Source: Mytilus edulis | Taxonomy: Eukaryota | DNA length: 64,000 nt | Reading direction: 5' to 3' | NCBI RefSeq assembly: GCF_963676685.1 | Contig: NC_092353.1 | Coordinates: forward strand, 27,156,001 to 27,220,000 | Shown: positions 28,101 to 37,141 of the stretch, piece after piece | How positions within the stretch are numbered: position 1 is the first letter of the stretch | Layout: each line of letters opens with the position of its first letter | The notes under the pieces: model-generated | What the model was told of the DNA's origin: nothing | Databases searched by the model: none | The model's input: only the letters and a program-made list of their open reading frames with translations | Translations under genes and position numbers: made by a program

Positions 28101-31100
28101 TTTTTCTAGTTTAAAAATTAAGTGCTAAGAAACTATTTTTACAGGAATTAATAGTTCCCCTTTAAAAGGGAAAGTATAATGAAAATTGCATTGTCAATCT
28201 CAATCCTATTGTTCAACTTCATGTTTGTTTTTATAATTTTTTTATCAAATTCAAAGGTTAGTTTGGCAAGCCAGAGTCATGGATGAGTTCAATAAATGTT
28301 GCAGATTAGCTTTTTTGCAGGAGTTAAGCTGCTTTAGAAAACTGCATTTGTTACTTATTTCAAGTATAATAACTTGTTGATTTTGCGCATTTTTTTCATA
28401 AGAATGTTCAGTATATATTTGCTTTTCGTGAACTTTTAACTTTCAGTTACATTCAGTTCTTGTGAAATTCAACATCTCTTATATAAACATCACAAATGTC
28501 TTTTTACTTAATCACCTTTTTTATGTTTACAGAAGAAATTGTCACACGGAAATGTCTTGGGCAAATTAAAAAGGAGAAGTAACTCTGCTAGGAAGCAGTT
28601 CCAGTCATTTGTAGCAACAGGACTGTGACGAATAGAACTTTAATATAAACTGAATCCAAATATAGAATTTACAAAACTTGTGTCAGATAATACTCTCATG
28701 CTTCTATTGGAGGACATCAATGATGGGAAGTAAAGGAAAAGACAATAAATGACAGCATATCAAATATCACAATGTATATTTAGTCAGTTAACACACTAAT
28801 CCATGTACATACTTTACAGCATTTCATTTTAACCATATGTAAATTTTGTCTATTCAAGCTTAACAAAATGCTTTGAAATTAAAATATTAAATATTTTAGG
28901 CAGACATGTTTTTGTAATTTTCATTTATTTTTCAAACTTTCAAGTTATTACATTCTTCAGTGGCGGATCCAGCCAAAAGCCCATTTTTCAAAGGGGTTTC
29001 CCCAACCAAGGATAAAGAAGGGGTTCCAATCATGTCTTTCATTTATAAATTGTTAATTTCCACTACAAAACTAAAAGAAAATAAGCCAAACATAAAAAAT
29101 CAGTCATAAAAAAAATATAATTTTGAAATTCATGTAAAACGCATGTAAAACATGTATTTTACATGAGTTTGTATTTACACATGTTTTACACATGTGAAAT
29201 ATTTCATGCGTTTTGTAACGCATATTTAATATATGTTTTTGCACGCCTGTTATACACATGTTGTAAAAAACATGCGTTAAACGCACAAAAAACATACGTT
29301 TTACACACGTTTTCTTTACCATGCGTGAAACATGCGTGGCACTTTTTGCTGTGTATAAGCCAGTAATTATTTGCATATTAGCTGTTTGTGACTGTCTAAC
29401 ATATGTCTGCGTGTTGTAGTGATTGTTGCCACGAATTACTTGGACACATGCCACTATTAGCTGATCCGAGCTTTGCACAGTTCTCACAAGAATTAGGACT
29501 AGCGTCACTTGGTGCCAGTGACGAGGCAGTACAGAAATTAGCTACAGTAAGTTGACATAATAGCTATTTGTGATAAAAAAAAAAAAAAAACCAGCAAGGC
29601 GAAAACATTTTTTGGACATTTCTATATAAAAAAAATTGATATCTATCGTGAAAAAAACGAGAGATTTGTAATTTTTGGGCGATCAAAGCTTGAGTATGAC
29701 TCTACATAAACCAAGGATCTGCCACTGATACTTGTATTTTGTATATCTTCATGTACGTCTGTTTTATGCATTGTAAAGATTATTAATTTTTTCCAGCTTT
29801 ACTTCTTTACTGTTGAATTTGGATTATGTAAACAAGACGGACTTATGCGGGTATACGGTGCTGGACTTCTGTCTTCTATTGGAGAACTTAAGGTAAGACA
29901 CTAACTTGACTTGACCCGACCGGATTCACTTAGTAGGCGTTTATATAACTTCGACTTTTTTTAAATACTTCCATTGTATTTTTTTTACCTGTATTTGTAT
30001 TTCACCTTAAATCGGTTAACTAGTTCTATATGATGCCTGTGTATGATATTAAATGAACGTTCTTATTAATTATATTTGCTGATTCGTGTTTACTTTTAAT
30101 CATCATCTCACCATCTCAATATACTAGAAGTTCAAAGACATTGTCATATTAGATTACTATTTTCTGGACACATCATCAGTGTAACTGTAAGACCATAGTG
30201 AACGCTCTTTGCTGGACACATCATCAGTGTAACTGTAAGACCATAGTGAACACTCTTTGAACTGATGCGAATACTCACTAAATCTTAGATTACTATTTTC
30301 TGGACACATCATCAGTGTAACTGTAAGACCATAGTGAACACTCTTTGAACTGATGCGAATACTCACTCAATCTTACTTTTTCTGAGTAATATTTCTAAAC
30401 ATTATTTTTCAAGCATGCATTAACTGACAAGTCCAGGAAAATACCATTTGAACCAGTTCGAACATCTAAACAGGAATGTCTTATAACCACTTTTCAAGAT
30501 GTTTACTTTTATACCGAAAGCTTTGAAGAGGCAAAGGACAGAATGAGGTATACCTACATTTCAGTTTAATCAAATTATTAGACATGTATGTTACTAAAGA
30601 ACTTCTTGTTTTGTTTCCTTTTGTGTTTTTTGCATTCTTGGTTTCAAAATGAGTGTGACTTTTATAACAATACTGATAATACTTTGGTATCTAATATTCA
30701 CTGCAACAGGTATTGTATTACTTATTTTTAGAAGTATGACACATGAATAGTTGACATATTATTAAAAGATACAGGTTTTTTATTTTTGTATTATTTTTTT
30801 TAGATATTTCAATATTCAATATATTATATAATGTACTATATCATAAGTGTAAAATACAAGCTTCTGTGCGAAGACAGCGTATATCTCAAATAGCTAGCAA
30901 ACAGGTAGTCGTACGTTTGGAAAGTCAAATGCTTGAGCATCAAATCATACGACCTTATAAACAACAGTCATAATCGTACACAACGTCTAACATTGATGAT
31001 ATTGTATGTGTTTGACTTCACTACGTTAAGTTTGACTTTTCCGAACCGATGAATAAAGGCAACAGTAGTATACCGTTGTTCAAAACGCGTAAATCGATGG

Positions 31101-33454
31101 GGAAAAAACTTAATCGGGGTAACAAACTAAAACTGAGGGAAAGGCATTAACTTATAGGTTGCACTTTGTAAATACAGCTGTTTCTCAAAACACGCCTCTT
31201 TTGGGGAGATCTTGAATATTCATAGAAAATTAATTTTGTTTACATACTGGTTCCCAGTTATGCTCTCTGTGTTCCATCTCACAGAGACATAACTTTTGAA
31301 TGTTACCAGTAAATATACATGTGCATATTGTTTACATTGAAATCTGTGATAACCTTTCATACGAGGTAAGGGTAGTTAAGAAAATTAGTGTTAGTTTAAA
31401 CTATGAGAATTCAGGGCATATAAACGTTGAAAATATGCCGCACAGCCCTATATTTTGACCTGTGAAAAAAATTGTGGTGGATATGAACTTTGAATTCTAG
31501 GAAAAGATTTTTTTTCAAAACTTCATAGTAAAAGTGGTACAGTTTTAGTCGTAAAAGGAGTTCATATGGAAAATTGCATTGTCAATATTTACAGAAATGC
31601 AACCTTTAGAGGAGAACAACGACACAACATTAAAATGTAACACACATGCACACAGAAACGAAATAAGCATTAGACAAAATCCGATGAAAAAACTAATATA
31701 ACATCAATACCAAATACATGAATTCGGGATAGAAAAGTACCGTGACACGTCTTATAGTAATGTGAATTCACATTCAAATATTTGAATGTTAGAAACTAGT
31801 TTTGAATGTTGAAAAATGAATGTTGAATGTTGAAAACGAATTATGAATTTTAAAAACCATTGTTGAAACGTTGAATGTTGAAATTTAAATGTTAAAACTC
31901 GAATGTTGAAAACTAATTTTGAATGTCAGAAACTAATTTTCAATGTTGAAAATTGCAACTAAGAGAAAACAAACGACACAACGGAAACAATGAAAACAAT
32001 GAAACAGTAGATGCTTTGTGCACTGCTTGTTATATGTCATTGTTGACTGCCTTTAATAAAGTAAAAGTTCACATGTCGAAGAAATTCTTGGCAACTAAAC
32101 ACTGCTTAGCTGGTTTGACTTTTCGAATGCGAATCCAGTTATGATTTTCAAAGTAAATAGAGACAAACACGTCAGTCTCGCGCTTATAAAACAAGGTTTA
32201 ATTCACAATTGTCTATGTAAGAAAATGCCCGTGCCAAGTCAGGAATATGACAGTTGTTTTCCATTCGTTTGATGTTTTAGAGATTTTGATTTTGTCTTTT
32301 GATTACAGACTTTTAGTTTTGAATATTCCTCGTAGTTCGGTATTTTTGTAATTTTACTTTTCATAGTACATTTTGTACGTTACATAATATTGTTCGTTGA
32401 CTTTTTAGATGCTTCATTAGCTTTTTTTATTTCGGTTTCAATACCTTTTGCAATCTGTTTATGTACATTCAATGAAACGCAAATATGGTGTTCCAATTCA
32501 TAAGCCTGTATCACTAGTATTAGGTTATACCTGAGACATACACTGTAATATACAATTTATTTGTCTGTGAATTATTAGTCAGGGTTTCGCTTTAGTAATT
32601 TCATCAAACTCATAGGAAAGAAATTATTTTGAAAAACTATTTATGCGTGTTTTGTTGGTTTTTTTTGTAAGGCTATTTAAGAAAATGCCTGTATCAAGTC
32701 AGGAATATGACAATTGTTGTCCATTAATTTTGTTTGAAGTGTTTTAGCTTTTGATTTTGTAGAGACTTTCCGTTTTTAATTTCCCTCGGTGTCCAGTATT
32801 TTTGTGATTTTACTGTTTGGCTATGATTTCCTTGCGGGCATCATTTCTTTGATTATCTTTATCAGTTATGCATTACCAACCGTGTGGGGCGGGGTAAACC
32901 TTATGGGTAAAGCAGGTCATTGATCATCCCTAGTAGTTACGCCCGTCAAGTTTTGAAAGCCAAAAAAAAAACCATACGTTTCAGGGCATTTTTTCCAAAA
33001 GGGCAGTAACAGCCAAAACCACCAGCTAGCTTTGCTGGGGGAATTTTAACTATAGTTATAACACAATGCATAATTTAATTCAACTTATATTGGGAAGTCA
33101 ACTTTTATCGAGGGAGGGTGTTTGTAAGTCTATTCCTAAAACGTACTTCATTCTCATTAAACTCCAATAACAAACTGTTTTTCTAAACGTTTTCTGAATT
33201 TCTATTTTAGGCAATATGCTTGTACTATTAAAAGACCATTTGCTGTCCGATATAACCCATACACACAAACTGTTGACGTACTTAACAACACTCGTTGTAT
33301 TGCCAATGCTGTTAGTGAATTACGTGGCGATCTGTGCATAGTAAGTGATGCACTCAGACGTTTACAACAGATAGAAATAGAGGAAGAGGAAGAATTAGAG
33401 GCAGAAAGAGAAGCAGAAACACCGAGAACTCCGAGACAAATCAAATCGAATTAA
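3881..33454 (+). CDS. TPH: Tryptophan 5-hydroxylase (biopterin-dependent aromatic amino acid hydroxylase), 13 coding exons, about 577 aa
   Basis: Exons 3881-4183, 7507-7623, 9457-9661, 10090-10196, 11925-11992, 13671-13721, 14348-14446, 15291-15337, 15533-15668, 29420-29546, 29797-29892, 30414-30547, 33211-33454 all have GT-AG ends and join in phase (1734 nt). Motifs: ACT domain ([11 protein letters not shown]...IESRRSRR), [24 protein letters not shown], iron ligands HELLGH and VEFG, RYNPYT. TPH-diagnostic YFFTVEFG (PAH/TH have YWF) and AGYL (PAH/TH have AGLL). Confidence 0.95.
7507..7623 (+). CDS. TPH: TPH exon 2 (start of ACT regulatory domain)
   Basis: [39 protein letters not shown]; AG/GT ends. 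Confidence 0.9.
9457..9661 (+). CDS. TPH: TPH exon 3
   Basis: [28 protein letters not shown]...; conserved IESR motif. Confidence 0.92.
10090..10196 (+). CDS. TPH: TPH exon 4
   Basis: [29 protein letters not shown]. Confidence 0.97.
10905..11310 (+). repeat. Interspersed repeat with terminal direct repeats; relatives at 37200-37285 and (minus) 63015-63190
   Basis: AATAAACTCATAGATAC.AGGATT.AAATTTTATA at both ends; shared GACTCATCAGTGA.GCTC and GAAGTTGAAGAGCATTGA segments. Confidence 0.6.
11925..11992 (+). CDS. TPH: TPH exon 5
   Basis: [22 protein letters not shown]. Confidence 0.96.
13671..13721 (+). CDS. TPH: TPH exon 6
   Basis: [17 protein letters not shown]. Confidence 0.96.
14348..14446 (+). 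CDS. TPH: TPH exon 7
   Basis: [32 protein letters not shown]. Confidence 0.96.
   Translation, partial: GNCFHGADEAVSFTRMSRIFKKYPSANRILWI
15291..15337 (+). CDS. TPH: TPH exon 8
   Basis: [15 protein letters not shown]. Confidence 0.96.
15533..15668 (+). CDS. TPH: TPH exon 9
   Basis: [45 protein letters not shown]. Confidence 0.97.
18621..18984. mobile_element. MITE with GGGCC termini (PIF/Harbinger-like)
   Basis: Imperfect TIR of about 33 bp: AGGGCCAAAATTAAAAATATGTTTGTTTCCCCT vs AGGGCCACATTTAAAAGAATGTCTGTTTCCCCT. Confidence 0.65.
18990..19247. repeat. Fold-back inverted repeat
   Basis: Arms of about 65 bp: TTACAGTTAATTTCC...GCTTGCTTGCTTTGTTTGTATA and TATACAAACAAAGCAAGCAAGC...GGAAATCAGCTGTAA. 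Confidence 0.7.
21355..22980 (+). mobile_element. HINE-like element carrying 35-bp (21910-22140) and about 160-bp (22430-22900) tandem arrays
   Basis: AACCAGATGCTCCGCAGGGCGCAGC start; GCTATTGC at 21952/21986/22021/22056/22091/22126; AAAACTCCCAAAATCAATCC three times about 160 bp apart; (GAC)n near the 3' end. A related 5' end lies on the minus strand at 23880-24099. Confidence 0.7.
23121..23342 (-). pseudogene. LINE (CR1/L2-like) reverse transcriptase fragment
   Basis: [26 protein letters not shown]...RSITIGS matches the N-terminal RT domain pattern. Confidence 0.7.
23357..23718. repeat. Palindromic non-autonomous element (Crypton-like); truncated relative at 2330-2450 and similar architecture at 50470-50755
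   Basis: Imperfect palindrome of about 150 bp centred on GCGCGGAAGCGC, followed by CCAATCAG and TAATTAT. Confidence 0.5.
25020..25300. promoter_or_regulatory. Candidate bidirectional promoter
   Basis: Local CpG-rich patch with CCGGAAA (ETS-like, minus, 25070-25076), ATTGG (CCAAT box, 25215) and TTTCCCGC (E2F consensus, 25290). Confidence 0.4.
25733..25904 (+). mobile_element. MITE, CAGTGGCGGATCC family, copy 1
   Basis: TIR CAGTGGCGGATCC / GGATCCGCCTATG; 5-bp flanks CTTTT/CTTTA. Confidence 0.7.
26222..26377 (-). mobile_element. MITE, same family, copy 2 (inverted); decayed copies at 27900-28038 and 28958-29030
   Basis: CATAGGCGGATCC...GGATCCGCCACTG with exact 5-bp TSD TTATG. Confidence 0.75.
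29420..29546 (+). CDS. TPH: TPH exon 10 (iron-binding histidines)
   Basis: [42 protein letters not shown]. Confidence 0.97.
29797..29892 (+). CDS. TPH: TPH exon 11
   Basis: [32 protein letters not shown]. Confidence 0.97.
30149..30372. repeat. Local triplication of a core of about 48 bp in TPH intron 11
   Basis: CTGGACACATCATCAGTGTAACTGTAAGACCATAGTGAAC occurs three times. Confidence 0.9.
30414..30547 (+). CDS. TPH: TPH exon 12
   Basis: [44 protein letters not shown]. Confidence 0.96.
31156..31605. mobile_element. Kolobok-like MITE inserted into another repeat
   Basis: TIR AGGTTGCA...TGTAAAT / ATTTACA...TGCAACCT with TTAT/TTAG flanks (degenerate TTAA). Confidence 0.55.
31780..31952. repeat. 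Degenerate TGAATGTTGAAAA minisatellite
   Basis: Repeated GAATGTT units. Confidence 0.7.
33211..33454 (+). CDS. TPH: TPH exon 13 (tetramerisation helix and acidic tail, stop)
   Basis: [24 protein letters not shown]...[35 protein letters not shown]. Confidence 0.96.
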
Positions 33455-34016
33455 AAATATTTGAGAATGTCGCGCTATTTATATGAAAAAGAGTTCCATT
33501 TTGGGACATAATATATAGTGAAGAGGTATCATGCAAAAATATTTCTCATCTGTGTATCAACTTAGAACCAATAGTATAGATATTAACTCATTACACATGC
33601 AAACACGCATGTACAATATCTAAGCATTCTATTTTGAAAATAACTAACGATTTAGCCCGAAGGTATGAATTCATAGGTTGTTAAACACTTATTTCATGTT
33701 AGATATTTACTTATTATCTGTGCTTCATCAATAATGTATTAACATCATTAAAGTTGTGAAGAAACAAGCAAAGTTGTAAGCTTCTCTATGTCCTTTAATA
33801 AGTCGTTTAAGATGGTCAAGCACATTTTCGGGGTTTTTTTCTTCCTGTTTTCGATGAAATATTTTTTTTTTTGGAGTGAATTTTATTTGACATTTCAGCT
33901 TTAAGAAGTGAGCAACTTCAAAAGCAGATGATACAAGTTAGTAAAAAACAAGGGACAGGTAATTATTTTGACTAATACAAATAAAGAGGAGAAGATACAA
34001 ATGTTTATCAATCCGA

Positions 34017-34117
34017 AACATGATATCACTCTGCCGAGACATGATATCACTCTGACGAGACATGATATCACTCTGACGAGACATGATATCACTCTGCCGA
34101 AACATGATATCACTCTG
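34017..34117. repeat. 21-bp tandem repeat downstream of the TPH stop
   Basis: ACATGATATCACTCTG(C/A)CGAG, about 5 copies. Confidence 0.9.
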
Positions 34118-34429
34118 AACGCTGACCTCGTTGGATTTCACATATCTGGGGCCGATAAACCATTGTATTAACGTCATCCAAAGTCAATAATTGTATAAAT
34201 TATATTTGAAAATATTGAATCTGGCTTAACTGATCCTTTGTTTTTGGAATTATTTCACATCTAGTGATTGAGCCGAAAGCTAGCAAAAGGATCTGAAACA
34301 TGTAATGTCAATACAAAATGACTATGTCATGACAAAGATAAACCAAAACAACGATCAAAAGACAAACAACAGTATACATAACACAACATAGCAAACTAAA
34401 GACTCATCAACACGAACCCAACAAACACT

Positions 34430-34540
34430 GAGGGTGATCTCTTTCCTCGACTAAGACTTGTCACCGAAGGTGATATCTTTCCTCGACTAAGACTTGTCAC
34501 CGAGGGTGATATCTTTCCTCGACTAAGACTTGTCACCGAC
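34430..34540. repeat. 36-bp tandem repeat, three copies
   Basis: CTTTCCTCGACTAAGACTTGTCACCGA at 34441, 34477 and 34513. Confidence 0.9.
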
Positions 34541-35859
34541 GTTTAACTTGCATGACCAACACGACCGATACCACATATGCAGCAGGATGTTCTTTACCTT
34601 CTATCTAGAGCAAACTGAAACCTAGAATATTTTATCGACATATATGGACAATTTTCAACAGACAATATGCGATCTTTTTTTACTCAACAGTGCACCTTTT
34701 TTATCAGCTTGTTCCATTATATGTTTGAGGCATTCATGGTCTTATAAATGTAAAAAGGAAGCTGGAACTATCATTGAACTTGATGATTATCGCTATAAAG
34801 ATGATGCTTTCTAGCTGAATCAATCAATCAATGTTCTTCCGACTATGCTGATTGCATCTTTTACATTTAACATACATAATAAAATATCAAAGATGCCGTC
34901 ATGTCTGCTTCATATCTTGAGTACCAATTAGAAATTGACAATGAGGGTTGTTTGAGAACTAAAATAAAATATATCATTTCTAATTTCCTATTGTAAATGT
35001 GAAAACATTTTTTTCATTTTAAACTTTAACATTTGGTCAAGTTTATTGAAGAGAGGCGGGAATACCAAAGAGATAATTTATATTATATCATCACAAGTCG
35101 ATTACAAACCACCAATACTATGGCATAAAATGATATAAAAAAAGGTCCAATAGACAAACAACAGTTTAAGAGTGTATTTCAAGCGAGAGGTTTTGCAAGC
35201 TATAATATCAGATTTAATCCACCATTTTCTACGTAAGAAAATGCCTGTACCAAGTCGGTAATAAGACAGTTATTATCCATTTGTTTGATGTGTTTTGATC
35301 TTTGGTTTTGCCCTTTGATTACGTACTTTCCGTTTTGAATTTTTCTCTGATTTTTTTTACTTTTGCAACACAGAGACATAACATAGAAAACTGAGGACTA
35401 AAAACAGAAACCCAAAGGAAACGAAAGGGTAAGCAGTTCCTGATCCACACGCGAAACCCGTTGAGTTGCTTCTATAATAGTAAAACAGTCAGTGATGAGT
35501 ATCATTCGGTGATGTCACATTTACCTTCGATATCTTTAGTGAAAGGACATCATCTATATCGCCGAAAGTGAAGTTAACAGACAATTAAAGCTCCTTTTCA
35601 TCATTCATAGGTATCATGGCTTCATGAATTATACCTAATACATTGTATGAATGAAAGGATAGTCTGCAAAAAGAGGAGAACAGTTATAGTTAGAAAATTT
35701 GCATCACCAATGGTTAATGAATGTGGTGATGTCCTAAACAATTATGACAACATTCATAAAAGCCAGGGATGTATAAGAACCGAAACAACTCAAATGCTAT
35801 TTGATCAAAAAGGACTTAAAAATAATACTTGTAGCTAAATTCATGTTCAATTTGCCCGA

Positions 35860-37141
35860 CAGACTTGCTCTCAATAATGACGACTTCAGTATGTATATTA
35901 ATGAAATTTATCCTGTTGAACTTACTTTAAATAAAGCTAATACTAACAATGACCACTGCCCTTTTTTCGATCTTGATATCTATATCACTAATGGAAAGCT
36001 GAATACTAAAATTTATGATAAAAGGGATGATTTTTCATTTCCTATCGTTAATTATCCGTTTTTAGATGGTGACGTTCCCTTGTCACCATCTTACGGTGTT
36101 TATATATCTCAACTTGTACGATTCGCTCGTGTATGTAACAATGTTTTAGATTTTAACGAGAGAAATTTATGTATTACTGAAAAATTATTACACCAGGGTT
36201 TTCGATATCACAAACTAGTCAAAACATTTACTAAATTTTATCCTCGGTATAAAGACATCATTCGTAAATATAGCTCAACATGCAGACTTCTAATACGTTC
36301 AGGTATTTCACATCCAATTTTTTATGGTAATATTCTTTATAAAGCACAAAGGTGTCAGTATTCACCTCAGAAACTTACAAAACCTTTAAATAGACTTATT
36401 AAGAAGGGATATAATTACGATACTGTTGTCAAGTCATTAAAGATTGCATATTTTGGCGTTAATATTGAGTCACTGATAAGGTCTTTGCATCGGAACTAAA
36501 CACATTATTTTTTTTAAAAAAACAGTTGTTGGCATGACACGGGTTATGTTCTTCTCATATATGTTATGATGGTATGATACTAAACCCCTAACGGGAAGGA
36601 TTGTGCCTGATGTTCATATGATGAAATCATAATCTTTCAGTCAGTTTAATTGAAGTCTGGAGCTGGCATGTCAGTTAACTGCTAGTAGTCTGTTGTTATT
36701 TATGTATTATTGTCATTTTGTTTATTTTCTTTGGTTACATCTTCTGACATCAGACTCGGATTTCTCTTGAACTGAATTTTAATGTGCGTATTGTTATGCG
36801 TTTACTTTACTAAATTGGTTAGAGGTATAGGGGGAGGGTTGAGATCTCACAAACATGTTTAACCCCGCCGCATTTTTGCGCCTGTCCCAAGTCAGGAGCC
36901 TCTGGCCTTTGTTGGTCTTGTACTATTTTAATTTTAGTTTCTTGTGTACAATTTGGAAATTAGTATGGCGTTCATTATCACTGGACTAGTATATATTTGT
37001 TTAGGGGCCAGCTGAGGGACGCCTCCGGGTGCGGGAGTTTCTCGCTGCATTGAAGACCTGTTGGTGACCCTCTGCTGTTGTTTTTTATTTGGTCGGGTTG
37101 TTGTCTCTTTGACACATTCCCCATTTCCATTCTCAATTTTA
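35860..37141 (+). mobile_element. 5'-truncated Penelope-like retroelement (RT C-terminus intact, ORF to 36499) plus 3' tail
   Basis: LALNNDDF...YPVELTL...FFDLDI...TKIYDKRDDFSFPIVNYPFLDGDVPLSPSYGVYISQLVRFAR is the PLE RT palm/thumb pattern; truncated just after the catalytic DD. Decayed relatives at 14590-14850 (+), 34700-35000 (+) and 38990-39310 (-). Confidence 0.8.

Larger units (their letters stand above)
25260..28749 (+). ncRNA. Putative spliced non-coding (or decayed) transcript inside the CMC-like element, plus strand
   Basis: Exon-like segments ~25260-25394 (GT|GTAAGT), 27235-27365 (CAG|GTAAGA), 27447-27570 (AAG|GTATGA), 28533-~28749 (AATAAA 28744); no long ORF. Confidence 0.35.
16211..29353. 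mobile_element. Large non-autonomous CMC-like (EnSpm/Chapaev-type) DNA transposon inside TPH intron 9
   Basis: TIRs CACAGGGAAAAGTGCCACGCATGTTT and (reverse complement) CACAGCAAAAAGTGCCACGCATGTTT; TATA on both flanks; subterminal arrays of ACGCATGTTTT/AAAACATGCGT at 16211-16610 and 29125-29353. Confidence 0.8.

Noticed and set aside
29104-29508. 134-aa minus-strand ORF (also 15356-15769 and 33202-33444)
   Set aside because: These are antisense shadows of TPH exons plus subterminal repeat or intron sequence.
3881-33454. Calling the hydroxylase TH or PAH
   Set aside because: [27 protein letters not shown] and QECLITTFQ are TPH-type residues.
33901-34177. Repetitive ORFs (RHDITLT / RVISCL)
   Set aside because: They are produced by the 21-bp tandem repeat being open in several frames.
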